From the NCBI GenBank assembly GCA_963770895.1, contig CAVYRF010000002.1:5024001-5088000 (forward strand): 64,000 bases of DNA, in the 5' to 3' direction. The notes under the pieces were generated by a model. The model saw nothing but the letters and a program-made list of their open reading frames with translations. It ran no database searches and was not told where the DNA came from. Of this stretch, positions 9,880 to 18,412 are shown piece after piece; the first letter of the stretch is position 1, and each line of letters begins with the position of its first letter. Source of the DNA: an uncultured Acidobacteriota bacterium (GTDB lineage Bacteria > Acidobacteriota > Thermoanaerobaculia > Multivoradales > UBA5704). The position numbers and the translations under genes are program-made.

Positions 9880-11097
9880 GTGCGAGTTCTGATGGTGGCG
9901 ACCAAGGCGCCGTGGCCGCCGCTCGACGGCGGGCGGCTGTTGCTGCTGCGGACGATCGAAGGTCTGGCGGCGGCGGGGGCGGCGGTGACGCTGGCGGCGC
10001 CGGTGGACGTGGGCCGGCAGCCGCTGGCGGCGGTGGCCGCGGAGCTGGGAAAAGTGTGCACGCCGGCGCTGGTGGCCGGGCGCCCGGCCGGACCGGGGCG
10101 CACGCTGGCGCGCGCGGTGGGCGGCCGGCCGATCTCCATTGCGCGGCATACCTCGCCCGCGCTGCGGCGGCAGGTGGAGATGCTGCTGGCGCAGGAGCGC
10201 TTTGACGTGGTGCACGCCGAACAGCTACAGGCGCTGCCGCAGGCCTTGCCGCCGGCGCGCGCGCGGGCGCTGCCGGTGGTGCTGCGGGCGCAGAACGTCG
10301 AGAGCTCCCTGTGGGCGGCAGCCGGTGCCGGTCCGCTGTGGGCCTGGGAGGCGCGGCGCCTTGCCGCCTGGGAGGGGCGGGCGGTGGCGTCCGTGGATGC
10401 CACGGCGGCTCTGACCGCCGTGGATGCCGCGGCGCTGTCGCGCCTGGCGACGGCGGCGGGCTCGCCCGGCGCCCGCGTGATCGAGCTGGCGGCGCCGTTC
10501 GCGGCGGACCTGGCGGCGGGACCGCAGGGCCTGCCCGGCGAGCCGGCGGTGGTGATCCTGGGCAGTCTGGGCTGGCGGCCCAATCAGGACGCTTTGGCTT
10601 GGTTTGCCGATCGGATCTGGCCGGCGGTGCGCGCCAGCCTGCCGCAGGCGCGCCTGCACGTGTTCGGCGTGACCGCCGCCGGGCGGGCGGCGACGGCGGC
10701 CGGCGCGGGTCCTGTTCCGGGTGGAGAGGGGATCGAGTGGCACGCGGCTCCGGACGACAGCTCCGCGGCGTTCGCCGCCGGCTCCGTCCACGTCGTGCCG
10801 CTGCGGTTCGGGTCGGGGGTGCGCATGAAGGTGCTGGAGGCCTGGGCGCGCGGCGTGCCGGTGGTGACCACCCCCCAGGGGGCTGCCGGCCTGGACGCCC
10901 GCGACGGCGTCGAGCTGCTGGTGGCGCGCGACGCCGCGTCCTTTGCCGCAGCTCTCAAGCGCCTGCGCGACGAGCCTCTGCTTGCCTCTTGCCTGGTCCG
11001 CGGCGGCCACGCCGCCCTGCGGCAGCGCCACGATCCCGCGACGCTGGCCCAGCGCCTGCTCGACATCTACCGTGGCGCGCAGGGCGCCGCTGGATGA
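9880..11097 (+). CDS. Glycosyltransferase family 4
   Basis: PWPPLDGG, QNVES, GSLGWRPNQDAL, VPLRFGSGVRMKVLEAWARGVPVVTT. Confidence 0.88.
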   Translation: MRVLMVATKAPWPPLDGGRLLLLRTIEGLAAAGAAVTLAAPVDVGRQPLAAVAAELGKVCTPALVAGRPAGPGRTLARAVGGRPISIARHTSPALRRQVEMLLAQERFDVVHAEQLQALPQALPPARARALPVVLRAQNVESSLWAAAGAGPLWAWEARRLAAWEGRAVASVDATAALTAVDAAALSRLATAAGSPGARVIELAAPFAADLAAGPQGLPGEPAVVILGSLGWRPNQDALAWFADRIWPAVRASLPQARLHVFGVTAAGRAATAAGAGPVPGGEGIEWHAAPDDSSAAFAAGSVHVVPLRFGSGVRMKVLEAWARGVPVVTTPQGAAGLDARDGVELLVARDAASFAAALKRLRDEPLLASCLVRGGHAALRQRHDPATLAQRLLDIYRGAQGAAG

Positions 11098-11140
11098 CGT
11101 GCCCGGGGCTGCCGGCGCCGGGGCTGACTTGGAGGGCCTG

Positions 11141-12226
11141 ATGCCACGACGACCACGACTGCCGCGACGACCTGCCTGCCTTGGCGCCACCTGGCGCCGG
11201 CGCTGCTTGCCGGTACTGCGGGTACTGCCGGTTCTGCCGCTTCCGGCGCTGGTCCTGATGCTGGCCGCCGCCCTGGCCGCCGTCGCGCTGGTGCCGGGAC
11301 GGGGGCAGGCGGACCCGCCGGGCGGGCGGCCCGCGGCGGCCGCCGGCTTGCGGGTGGTGGCGTTGGGGAGCGCGCAGGATGGGGGTCTGCCGCAGATCGG
11401 CTGCGAGTGCCCGCGGTGCGCGGCGGCTCGCCGCAACCCGGCGCTGGGGCGGCACGTGGCGAGCCTGGCGATTCAGGTGCCGGTGACCGGCCAGGTGCTG
11501 CTGGTGGATGCGACGCCGGATCTGCCGGCGCAGGTGGAGCGGATTCACCTGTTCCGGCCGCATCCCGAAGGCGGCGTCGACCGGCGGCCGGTCGACGGGG
11601 TGCTGCTGACGCACGCTCACATCGGCCACTACCTGGGCCTGGCCTGGTTCGGCTTCGAAGCGCTCAACACCGATGCCATCCCGGTGTGGGCGTCGCCGCG
11701 GATGGCAGCCTTTCTGCGCGGCAGCGGCCCCTGGAGCGAGCTGGTGCGCCGCCGCAACATCGACCTGCGCATCTGCGAAGCGGACCGCCGCCTGCAGCTG
11801 GCCGACGGGGTCGCGGTGACTCCCATCGCGGTGCCGCACCGCGACGAGCTTTCGGATACGTTGGGGTTTGTCGTCCACGGCGCGACGAAGAACCTGCTGT
11901 ACGTCCCCGATACCGATTCCTGGCGCGCCTGGCCGCGTCCCCTGCCGGAGATCCTGGCGCGGTACAAGGTGGACGTCGCCGTCGTCGATGGCACCTTCTA
12001 TTCGGCCGCCGAGCTGCCCGACCGCGACCCCAGGACGATCCCGCACCCGCCGATGACCGACACCATGGATCTGCTCGCGCCGCTGGTCGCGAGCGGTGGG
12101 CTGCGGGTGTACTTCACCCACCTCAACCACACCAACCCCGCGCTCGAGCCCGCCAGCCCGGCCCGCCGGGCGATCGAGGCGCGCGGCTTCCGGGTTCTGG
12201 CCGACGGCGAAGCCTTCGTGCTCTGA
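11141..12226 (+). CDS. PqqB-like MBL-fold metallo-hydrolase with N-terminal signal/TM segment
   Basis: LGSAQDGGLPQIGCECPRC, DATPD, THAHIGH, VPHRDE, YVPD, DGTF, THLNHTN; ATG 11141 follows GGAGG. Confidence 0.82.
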   Translation: MPRRPRLPRRPACLGATWRRRCLPVLRVLPVLPLPALVLMLAAALAAVALVPGRGQADPPGGRPAAAAGLRVVALGSAQDGGLPQIGCECPRCAAARRNPALGRHVASLAIQVPVTGQVLLVDATPDLPAQVERIHLFRPHPEGGVDRRPVDGVLLTHAHIGHYLGLAWFGFEALNTDAIPVWASPRMAAFLRGSGPWSELVRRRNIDLRICEADRRLQLADGVAVTPIAVPHRDELSDTLGFVVHGATKNLLYVPDTDSWRAWPRPLPEILARYKVDVAVVDGTFYSAAELPDRDPRTIPHPPMTDTMDLLAPLVASGGLRVYFTHLNHTNPALEPASPARRAIEARGFRVLADGEAFVL

Positions 12227-12253
12227 CCGCCGCCGCCGGGGCGAGGCGGGCGG

Positions 12254-13018
12254 CTACACGTAGAAGGGGATGCGGTCGCTGCTGCGGCGGAAGGCGTAGC
12301 CGCCGAGCGCGAGCGCCACGGCGGTGATGCCGACGCAGACCGCCAGGTGCTCCAGCGGCGGGATCTTGCCGTAATGGATGGGGTCGCGGAACACTTCCAG
12401 GACAGAGCGCAGCGGATTGAAACGGACGACCCAGCGCACGTTGTCGGGCAGGATGGCCATGGGATAGAAGATCGGCGTCAGGTACATGAGCACGGTCAGC
12501 AGCACGCCGACCAGCTCGACCACGTCGCTGAAGAAAACCGCCAGCGGCGACAGCAGCAGCCCGGCGCCCAGGGTGAACAGGCCGACCAGCAGGATGGAAA
12601 CCGGCAGGAACAGCAGCGCCGGCGACAGGGTGTGCTCCAGGAGGATCAGGATCACCAGGGTCGGCAGCAGCGCGAAGACCAGGTTGACGACGCCCGAGAT
12701 CACGGTGGCGAGCGGGAAGACCGCCTTGGGCACCGGCATCTTTTGCAGCAGCGGTGCGTTGCCGCGCAGGCTGTTCATCGACGACACGATGCTTTGCGAA
12801 AAGAAGTTCCAGAACAGGATGCCGGCCAGGGCGTACACCGGGTAGTGCGGCAGGTTGAAGCGGAACAGCTTGCTGAACACCAGGTAGAAGACCAGCATCA
12901 TCAGGAGCGGCTGCAGCATGGTCCACACAAAACCGATGACCGAGCGCCGGTAGCGCACTTTCAGCTCGCGCGCCACCAGGGTCATCACGAGGTCGCGGTA
13001 GCGGAAGATTTCAAGCAT
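12254..13018 (-). CDS. ABC-2 polysaccharide export permease (Wzm/RfbA-like)
   Basis: RELKVRYRRSVIGFVWTMLQPL, MYLTPIFYP, FNPL; multiple hydrophobic segments. Confidence 0.9.
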   Translation of the reverse strand: MLEIFRYRDLVMTLVARELKVRYRRSVIGFVWTMLQPLLMMLVFYLVFSKLFRFNLPHYPVYALAGILFWNFFSQSIVSSMNSLRGNAPLLQKMPVPKAVFPLATVISGVVNLVFALLPTLVILILLEHTLSPALLFLPVSILLVGLFTLGAGLLLSPLAVFFSDVVELVGVLLTVLMYLTPIFYPMAILPDNVRWVVRFNPLRSVLEVFRDPIHYGKIPPLEHLAVCVGITAVALALGGYAFRRSSDRIPFYV

Positions 13019-13054
13019 GAGAGGTTGGGCGCCAGCCGGCGGAAGGGTGGGAGC

Positions 13055-14146
13055 TTAGCAGGTTTCCGCCGTCCCCGGCGCTCGCCGCAGCGCCACCACC
13101 GCCGCCACGGCCCGTGCCACGCCCGCCGTCTGGGCGTCGAAGCGGGCCCGTTCGGCGCGCGGCGTCCACGGCGCCAGCATCCGGCGCCCGAGCAGGCGCA
13201 TCCGCCCGCCCCAGACCAGGGCGCGGGCCGCCCGCCGCTTGCCACGCGCGCCGGCGCGTTTGGCTGCCCAGCGCAACAGGTCGGTCCACAGCAGCTCGAG
13301 GTTTTGCGCCCCGCGCGCCGCGGCGCCCCCGCCGCCGGCCGTCTGTCCCCCCGCTCCCCCCGCCGCGCCCGGTCCCCCGGCTTCGCCCGCGATCGTGGCG
13401 CCGTGGTGGTGCAGCACGGCAAACCGCGGCAGCACCGCCACCTGCCACCCCGCATCGCCGGCGCGCAGGCAGAGGTCGAGGTCCTGAGCGTACAGACGGA
13501 AGCGCTCGTCGAGCGGTCCGAGCGCCTGCCAGACCGAGCGCCGCACCGCCAGCGCCGCGCCGGTCACCCATGCCACCGGCAGTTCTCCCGCCGTCCCCGC
13601 CGCCCCCGCCGTGCCTGGCGGGCCCTCGGCCGGCGCGGTGCCGCTGGCCGGCCGCAGCCGCCGATAGAGGGGCAGGCGGGCGGCCAGCGCCGGCAGGCCG
13701 CTGGCCAGGCCGAACAGCCAGGCCGTTCCCGGCTGGCCGCCGCCGCTCCACTGGGGCGTGCCGTCCGGATAGTGCAGGGCGCCGCCGGCGATGCCGAGCC
13801 GCGGCAGGGCGGCAAAGCCCTCCAGCAGCGCCGCCAGCCCCTGGGCGTCGACCTGGGTGTCGCTGTTGAGCAGCAGCAGCACCTCGCCGGTCGCCGCGGC
13901 CATGCCGCGGTTGGCGGCGCGCGTGAAGCCGCGCTGCCGGTCCAGCCGCACCAACCCCACCCAGCCGTGACGCTGCGCGACCGCTTCGGCGGTGCCGTCG
14001 TCGCCGGCGTCGTCGACCAGCACGACCTCGATTCCGGCCAGCTCGCGCCGCCCGCGCGCCGCGGCGAGCGAGTCCAGGCAGGCCAGGGTGAGGTGGCGGG
14101 TGTTGCGGCTGGGCACCACCACCGACAGCGGTGGGGGAGGTGTCAC
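13055..14146 (-). CDS. Glycosyltransferase family 2 (rhamnosyltransferase-like)
   Basis: LSVVVPSRN, VDDA, GFTRAANRG, LLLNSD, WVTGAAL, DERFRLYAQDLD; GTG start overlaps the upstream TGA (GTGA). Confidence 0.85.
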   Translation of the reverse strand: MTPPPPLSVVVPSRNTRHLTLACLDSLAAARGRRELAGIEVVLVDDAGDDGTAEAVAQRHGWVGLVRLDRQRGFTRAANRGMAAATGEVLLLLNSDTQVDAQGLAALLEGFAALPRLGIAGGALHYPDGTPQWSGGGQPGTAWLFGLASGLPALAARLPLYRRLRPASGTAPAEGPPGTAGAAGTAGELPVAWVTGAALAVRRSVWQALGPLDERFRLYAQDLDLCLRAGDAGWQVAVLPRFAVLHHHGATIAGEAGGPGAAGGAGGQTAGGGGAAARGAQNLELLWTDLLRWAAKRAGARGKRRAARALVWGGRMRLLGRRMLAPWTPRAERARFDAQTAGVARAVAAVVALRRAPGTAETC

Positions 14147-16092
14147 GCGGCGCCGGCCGCGCCGCGCGCACCCACGGCGCCTGCCCGCATGGCGGTGCCG
14201 GCGCCGGCGCCGATCGCTTCCAGCCGCTGGACGATCCGCCGCGCCGAAGCTTCCCAGGTCCAGCGCGCCGCCATCTCGCGCGCCGCTGCCTGGCCGCGCT
14301 GGCGGGCTTCGTCGCGCTGCTCGTAGACGTGGCGCAGCAGGTGCCGCAGGTGCTCGGTATCCGGCTCCGCCCAGCGGAAGCCGTCGTAGTACGGGCACTT
14401 GGCCACCGCCGGCACCAGCTTGCTGACGCGCAGCGGGTAGGCGATGCCGGGATGCACGAACTCCTGGTGCGCGCCCCAATCGGTGGCGATGGCGGGCAGG
14501 CCGCAGGCCATCGCCTCCATGAGGGGCATGTTCCAACCCTCGCCGCGGCTCACCGAGACGAAGGCGTCGACCGAGCAGTAGAGCGAGCCCAGCTGGTAGT
14601 GCGGGAACTCCAGGTTGAACAGGTACGAGATCTTGCCGCCCGACTGGCGCAGGCCGAGGCGGCGGATCTCCTCGCGCAGCCGCACGCCCGGATCGCGATT
14701 GATCACCTTGCACAGCAGGCGCACCGGCTCCCGCGCCGAGAACTCGTCGTTGAAGGAGCGCAGCAGCAGCGCCGGCTCCTTGCGCTCGCCCCATTCGAAC
14801 AGCGCCAGGAACACGAACTCACCAGCCGGGTTGGGCCGCGCCGTGATGCCGGGATGGAAGTAGCGCACGTCGACGCCGAGCGGCATCAGGTGCACCGGTC
14901 GCTTGAGGCCGCATTCGAGGAAGCCGCGGCGGTTGAATTCGCTCGGCACCCACACTTCCTGCATGGTGTTGGCCTGCCTCACCCATTCTGCCGGGAAGCC
15001 GTCCACCTCCAGCATGGTGTAGCCGATCGGGTAGCGGCCGCGGTTGCGCTTGAACACGTCGCCCTGGCCGTACACCACCGAGACTTCGGGCGACCTGGGC
15101 ACCGGCCGGTCGTGGATGACGTTCAAGCGGTAGTCGCCGCTCGACGGCGGCTCCTCCGGGGGGAACACCGTCTTCGGCCCATAGACGTAGCGGTAGGCGG
15201 TGTGGACGCCCTGCTGATCGAGCGCCCGCAGCAGCTCGCGGCAGCTCATCGCGTAGCCGGTCGGGAAGTTCATGATCGACTGCCAGACCAGGCGGTGGCG
15301 GTAGCTCGCCGCGAGCTCCTCCTGCCATTTGCGGCGGAAGATGTCGCGGCTGCCTTGAAACAGGCGCATCAGCGCCTGGTCGTCGTTGCGCGTCGAGCCG
15401 TGCTCGTCGTGGATCAGCGTGACGTCGCCGCAGAGCAGCGTCTTCCAGCCCGCCTGGCGCGCCCGCAGGCAGAAATCGGTGTCTTCGAAGTAGCTCTCGA
15501 AATCGAGCGCCAGGCCGCCGATCGCGTCCAGCACCTCGCGCCGGATGTAGGCGCAGGCGAAGACGATCCCCTGGACTTCGTGCACGCCGCTGTACTGGCC
15601 GACGTCGCGTTCGAGCGATCCCACCTGCTGGCCCCACACGGTGTCCGGCATGATGTAGGTGCCGGCGTGCAGCAGCCGCCCGTCGGGCAGCACCAGGCGG
15701 CAACCCACCACCCCCACGTCCGGCGCCGACTGGGCGCAGGCCGCGAGCTGGGGGAGCCAGTCGCGCTGGCTGAATTCGATGTCGTTGTTGAGCAGCACGA
15801 CGTCCGAGTCGGGCGCCGTCGCGGCGATGCCGGCGTTGTTGCCGCGCACGAACCCGACGTTGCGGTCGAGGCGCAGCGTGCGCACCCAGGGGAAGTCGGC
15901 GAGCGCCTGCGGCGTTTCGTCGGTCGAGCCGTTGTCCACCACCAGCACCTCGGCCCCGGCCAGGTCGGTCTGGGCCAGGGTCTGCAGGCAGCGCCGCGTC
16001 AGCTCCCAGTGGTTCCAGGCCAGGATGACAAGGCTGGTGCGGCGCCGGCCGGTCGCGCCGGTTACGGCAAGGTTGGGTAGATCGACTCCCAA
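14143..16092 (-). CDS. GT2 + GT4 fusion glycosyltransferase
   Basis: N-terminal VVDNGSTD/LLNND/YFEDTD; C-terminal SRGEGWNMPLMEAMACGLP; TTG start at 16092 is inferred. Confidence 0.85.
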   Translation of the reverse strand: MGVDLPNLAVTGATGRRRTSLVILAWNHWELTRRCLQTLAQTDLAGAEVLVVDNGSTDETPQALADFPWVRTLRLDRNVGFVRGNNAGIAATAPDSDVVLLNNDIEFSQRDWLPQLAACAQSAPDVGVVGCRLVLPDGRLLHAGTYIMPDTVWGQQVGSLERDVGQYSGVHEVQGIVFACAYIRREVLDAIGGLALDFESYFEDTDFCLRARQAGWKTLLCGDVTLIHDEHGSTRNDDQALMRLFQGSRDIFRRKWQEELAASYRHRLVWQSIMNFPTGYAMSCRELLRALDQQGVHTAYRYVYGPKTVFPPEEPPSSGDYRLNVIHDRPVPRSPEVSVVYGQGDVFKRNRGRYPIGYTMLEVDGFPAEWVRQANTMQEVWVPSEFNRRGFLECGLKRPVHLMPLGVDVRYFHPGITARPNPAGEFVFLALFEWGERKEPALLLRSFNDEFSAREPVRLLCKVINRDPGVRLREEIRRLGLRQSGGKISYLFNLEFPHYQLGSLYCSVDAFVSVSRGEGWNMPLMEAMACGLPAIATDWGAHQEFVHPGIAYPLRVSKLVPAVAKCPYYDGFRWAEPDTEHLRHLLRHVYEQRDEARQRGQAAAREMAARWTWEASARRIVQRLEAIGAGAGTAMRAGAVGARGAAGAA

Positions 16093-16358
16093 AGGGCCTC
16101 CAGGGTTTCGGGTACTTCGGCCAGGGTGAGGTCGTGGGTTTCCTGCCAGAAGATCGGATCGACGGCGAGGCGCGGCAGCAGCGGCAGCCCCGCCGCGAGC
16201 CGGTTCCACTGCGCGAGGTCGCGCCGGCAGAGCACGCGTTGCAGCATGCGCACCTGGTCGGAGCGCCGGGTGAGCGCCGCTTCCAGCGCCGCCACCCGCC
16301 CTTCGAGACGGGCGATGGTCCGGCTGGCGTCGTCGGTCGTCGCCTGCGGGCTCACCAA
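16062..16358 (-). CDS. Hypothetical small coiled-coil protein
   Basis: 98-aa ORF overlapping both neighbours in the operon; heptad IARLEGRVAALEAAL. Confidence 0.55.
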   Translation of the reverse strand: MVSPQATTDDASRTIARLEGRVAALEAALTRRSDQVRMLQRVLCRRDLAQWNRLAAGLPLLPRLAVDPIFWQETHDLTLAEVPETLEALWESIYPTLP

Positions 16359-16786
16359 GCCTGTCTCCCCATCAGCCGCCGCAGCTGCTGGGCCATGCGC
16401 CAGGCGCGCGAGTTTTGCACCGCGTTGTAGTAGATGGTCAGGCGCTCCACTTCTCTGCGCAACCGCAGCGTTTCAAGAGACGGCCGCTCGAACAGGTCAT
16501 ACGCCTCATACGCTTCGCCCAGGCTGGCGCCGGCCAGCCCGGTGTCCTCCGCGGCTTCCGGGGCCGCGCCGTCGGCGCCGTCTGCGGCAGGCGTCGTCGA
16601 GGTCGTCGGAGTGCCGTTGCCATTGCGGCCGCCGCCGGCGCGCACGCTTCCCGGCGCTCCGCCGGCGCGCCGCAGGAGCTGGTTTAGTTCGCCGTTTTCG
16701 CGGATGCGCAGCTGGCGGTCGAAGGCTTCAGCCTCTTCGGTGCCGAGCCGGCGCTCCGCCTCGTGGTCGTGACTGTCGTCTACCAT
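16352..16786 (-). CDS. Hypothetical protein with coiled coil and C-terminal SxxWR amphipathic motif
   Basis: LRLRREVERL...AVQNSRAWRMAQQLRRL. Confidence 0.65.
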   Translation of the reverse strand: MVDDSHDHEAERRLGTEEAEAFDRQLRIRENGELNQLLRRAGGAPGSVRAGGGRNGNGTPTTSTTPAADGADGAAPEAAEDTGLAGASLGEAYEAYDLFERPSLETLRLRREVERLTIYYNAVQNSRAWRMAQQLRRLMGRQAW

Positions 16787-16904
16787 GAGGTGCGTGCTGT
16801 CGTTGCCGCCGCTGGTGGGGCGCGGCGGCAGCAGACTTGAGGCCGCATTGCCGGCTCACTATACTTAGGCGTGTTCTTGTGCGCAACCTGACCGGTACTC
16901 CTAC

Positions 16905-17672
16905 TTGAATCCTGAGCCTCGTCCCGAGCCCGCGCCTGCCCGCTCGCACAAAGTGTGCGTGGTCATGCCGGCGTACAACGCCGAAAAAACCCTCGAGCGC
17001 ACCTACCGCGATCTGCCCCTGGATTGGGTGGACGACATCATCCTGGTGGACGACGGCAGCCGCGATCGCACCGTCGACCTGGCCCGCCAGCTGGGTCTGC
17101 ACACGCTGGTGCACCCGCAGAACCGCGGCTACGGCGGCAACCAGAAGACCTGCTACGCGGAAGCGCTGGCACGCGGCGCCGACATCGTGGTGATGGTGCA
17201 CCCCGATCACCAGTACGACCCGCGCTACGTGCCCGAGCTGGTGCGCCCGCTGCTTGCAGGCGACTGCGACGCGGTGTTCGGCAGCCGCATGCTGGGCGGC
17301 CGCCCGATCGAAGGCGGCATGCCCAAATGGAAGTATTTCGCCAACCTGTTCCTGACCGCCGTCGCCAACGCGGTGTTCTACGTCTTTCTGTCCGAATATC
17401 ACTCGGGGCTGCGCGCCTACAGCAAGCGCTACCTGCAATCCGTCGACCTGGCGGCCAACTCCGACGATTTTGTCTTCGACACGGAAATCATTGCGCAAGG
17501 GGTCTATGCGGACATGCGGATTCGCGAGATCCCGATCGCCACGCGCTATTTTGACGAGGCCTCGCAGATCGGCTTCTGGCGCAGCGTGCGCTACGGCTTT
17601 GCAGTGCTTGGCGTCCTGGTGGCTTTCAAGCTTCACGTGAAGGGGATTCGGCATTCCCGGCTCTTCCGCTGA
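16905..17672 (+). CDS. GT2, polyprenol-phosphate glycosyltransferase (DPM1-like)
   Basis: VVMPAYNAE, VDDGSRD, NRGYGGNQK, HPDHQY, FGSR, EYHSGLRAY, FVFDTE. Confidence 0.9.
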   Translation: MNPEPRPEPAPARSHKVCVVMPAYNAEKTLERTYRDLPLDWVDDIILVDDGSRDRTVDLARQLGLHTLVHPQNRGYGGNQKTCYAEALARGADIVVMVHPDHQYDPRYVPELVRPLLAGDCDAVFGSRMLGGRPIEGGMPKWKYFANLFLTAVANAVFYVFLSEYHSGLRAYSKRYLQSVDLAANSDDFVFDTEIIAQGVYADMRIREIPIATRYFDEASQIGFWRSVRYGFAVLGVLVAFKLHVKGIRHSRLFR

Positions 17673-18336
17673 CACCTACGTCCTGAAGGATTTCCGCGGC
17701 TCCAGCCATCGCATCCTGGCATCCTGGATCAAGGAGCTGCCGGCGGGCGCCAGCTTGCTGGAGCTGGGCCCGGGAGCGGCGCACGTGGCGCGGCTGGTGC
17801 GCCGCCACGACCTGCGCTGGCAGGGGCTGGAAAGCTCGGTGGACTGCCTGCCGGCGCTCATCCACGTGCTGGGCGGCGGCGCCATCGTAGACCTGGAAAG
17901 CGTGCCGCAGCTGCCGCGCAACTTTGACGCCGTGCTGGCCGCCGACACCCTGGAGCACCTGAGCGATCCGGGGCGGATGCTGCACCTGATCCATGACGCG
18001 CTGCCGCCGGGGGCGCCGCTGCTGCTGTCGGTGCCCAACATCGCCAACGTCTACGTGCGGCTCAACCTGCTGGTCGGGCGCTTCCCCTATGCCGACCGCG
18101 GCCTGCTCGACCGCACCCACCGGGTGTTTTTCACCCGCAGCCTGCTGCGCCGCCTGCTCGCCGGCGCCGGCTTCCGCATCGAGCGCGAAACGGTATCGAC
18201 CATCCCGCTGCCGCTGGCCTTCCCGCGCGCGCCGCGCCGCCCGGTCGACGCGGCGGCGGCGGCGCTGCAGGGCCTGACGCGGGCCATGCCCAAGCTGCTC
18301 GGCTACCAGCTGCTGGTGCTGGCAAGGCGTCAGTGA
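17653..18336 (+). CDS. Class I SAM-dependent methyltransferase (start unresolved)
   Basis: LELGPGAA SAM motif, ADTLEHLSDP, SVPNIAN, GLLDRTH; the frame is open from 17641 and includes YVLKDFRGSSH upstream of the first canonical start (17755). Confidence 0.78.
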   Translation: MPGSSADTYVLKDFRGSSHRILASWIKELPAGASLLELGPGAAHVARLVRRHDLRWQGLESSVDCLPALIHVLGGGAIVDLESVPQLPRNFDAVLAADTLEHLSDPGRMLHLIHDALPPGAPLLLSVPNIANVYVRLNLLVGRFPYADRGLLDRTHRVFFTRSLLRRLLAGAGFRIERETVSTIPLPLAFPRAPRRPVDAAAAALQGLTRAMPKLLGYQLLVLARRQ

Positions 18337-18412
18337 TGGCGGCCGCCCGGACAGCCCGTGCTAAGATGCTGGCGCTCTGCCCCCGCCGCAGCCCCCAGCA
18401 GGAGCAACTTCG

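Noticed and set aside
11141-12226. PQQ biosynthesis locus
   Set aside because: No pqqA precursor (ExxxY), pqqC, pqqD or pqqE is nearby.
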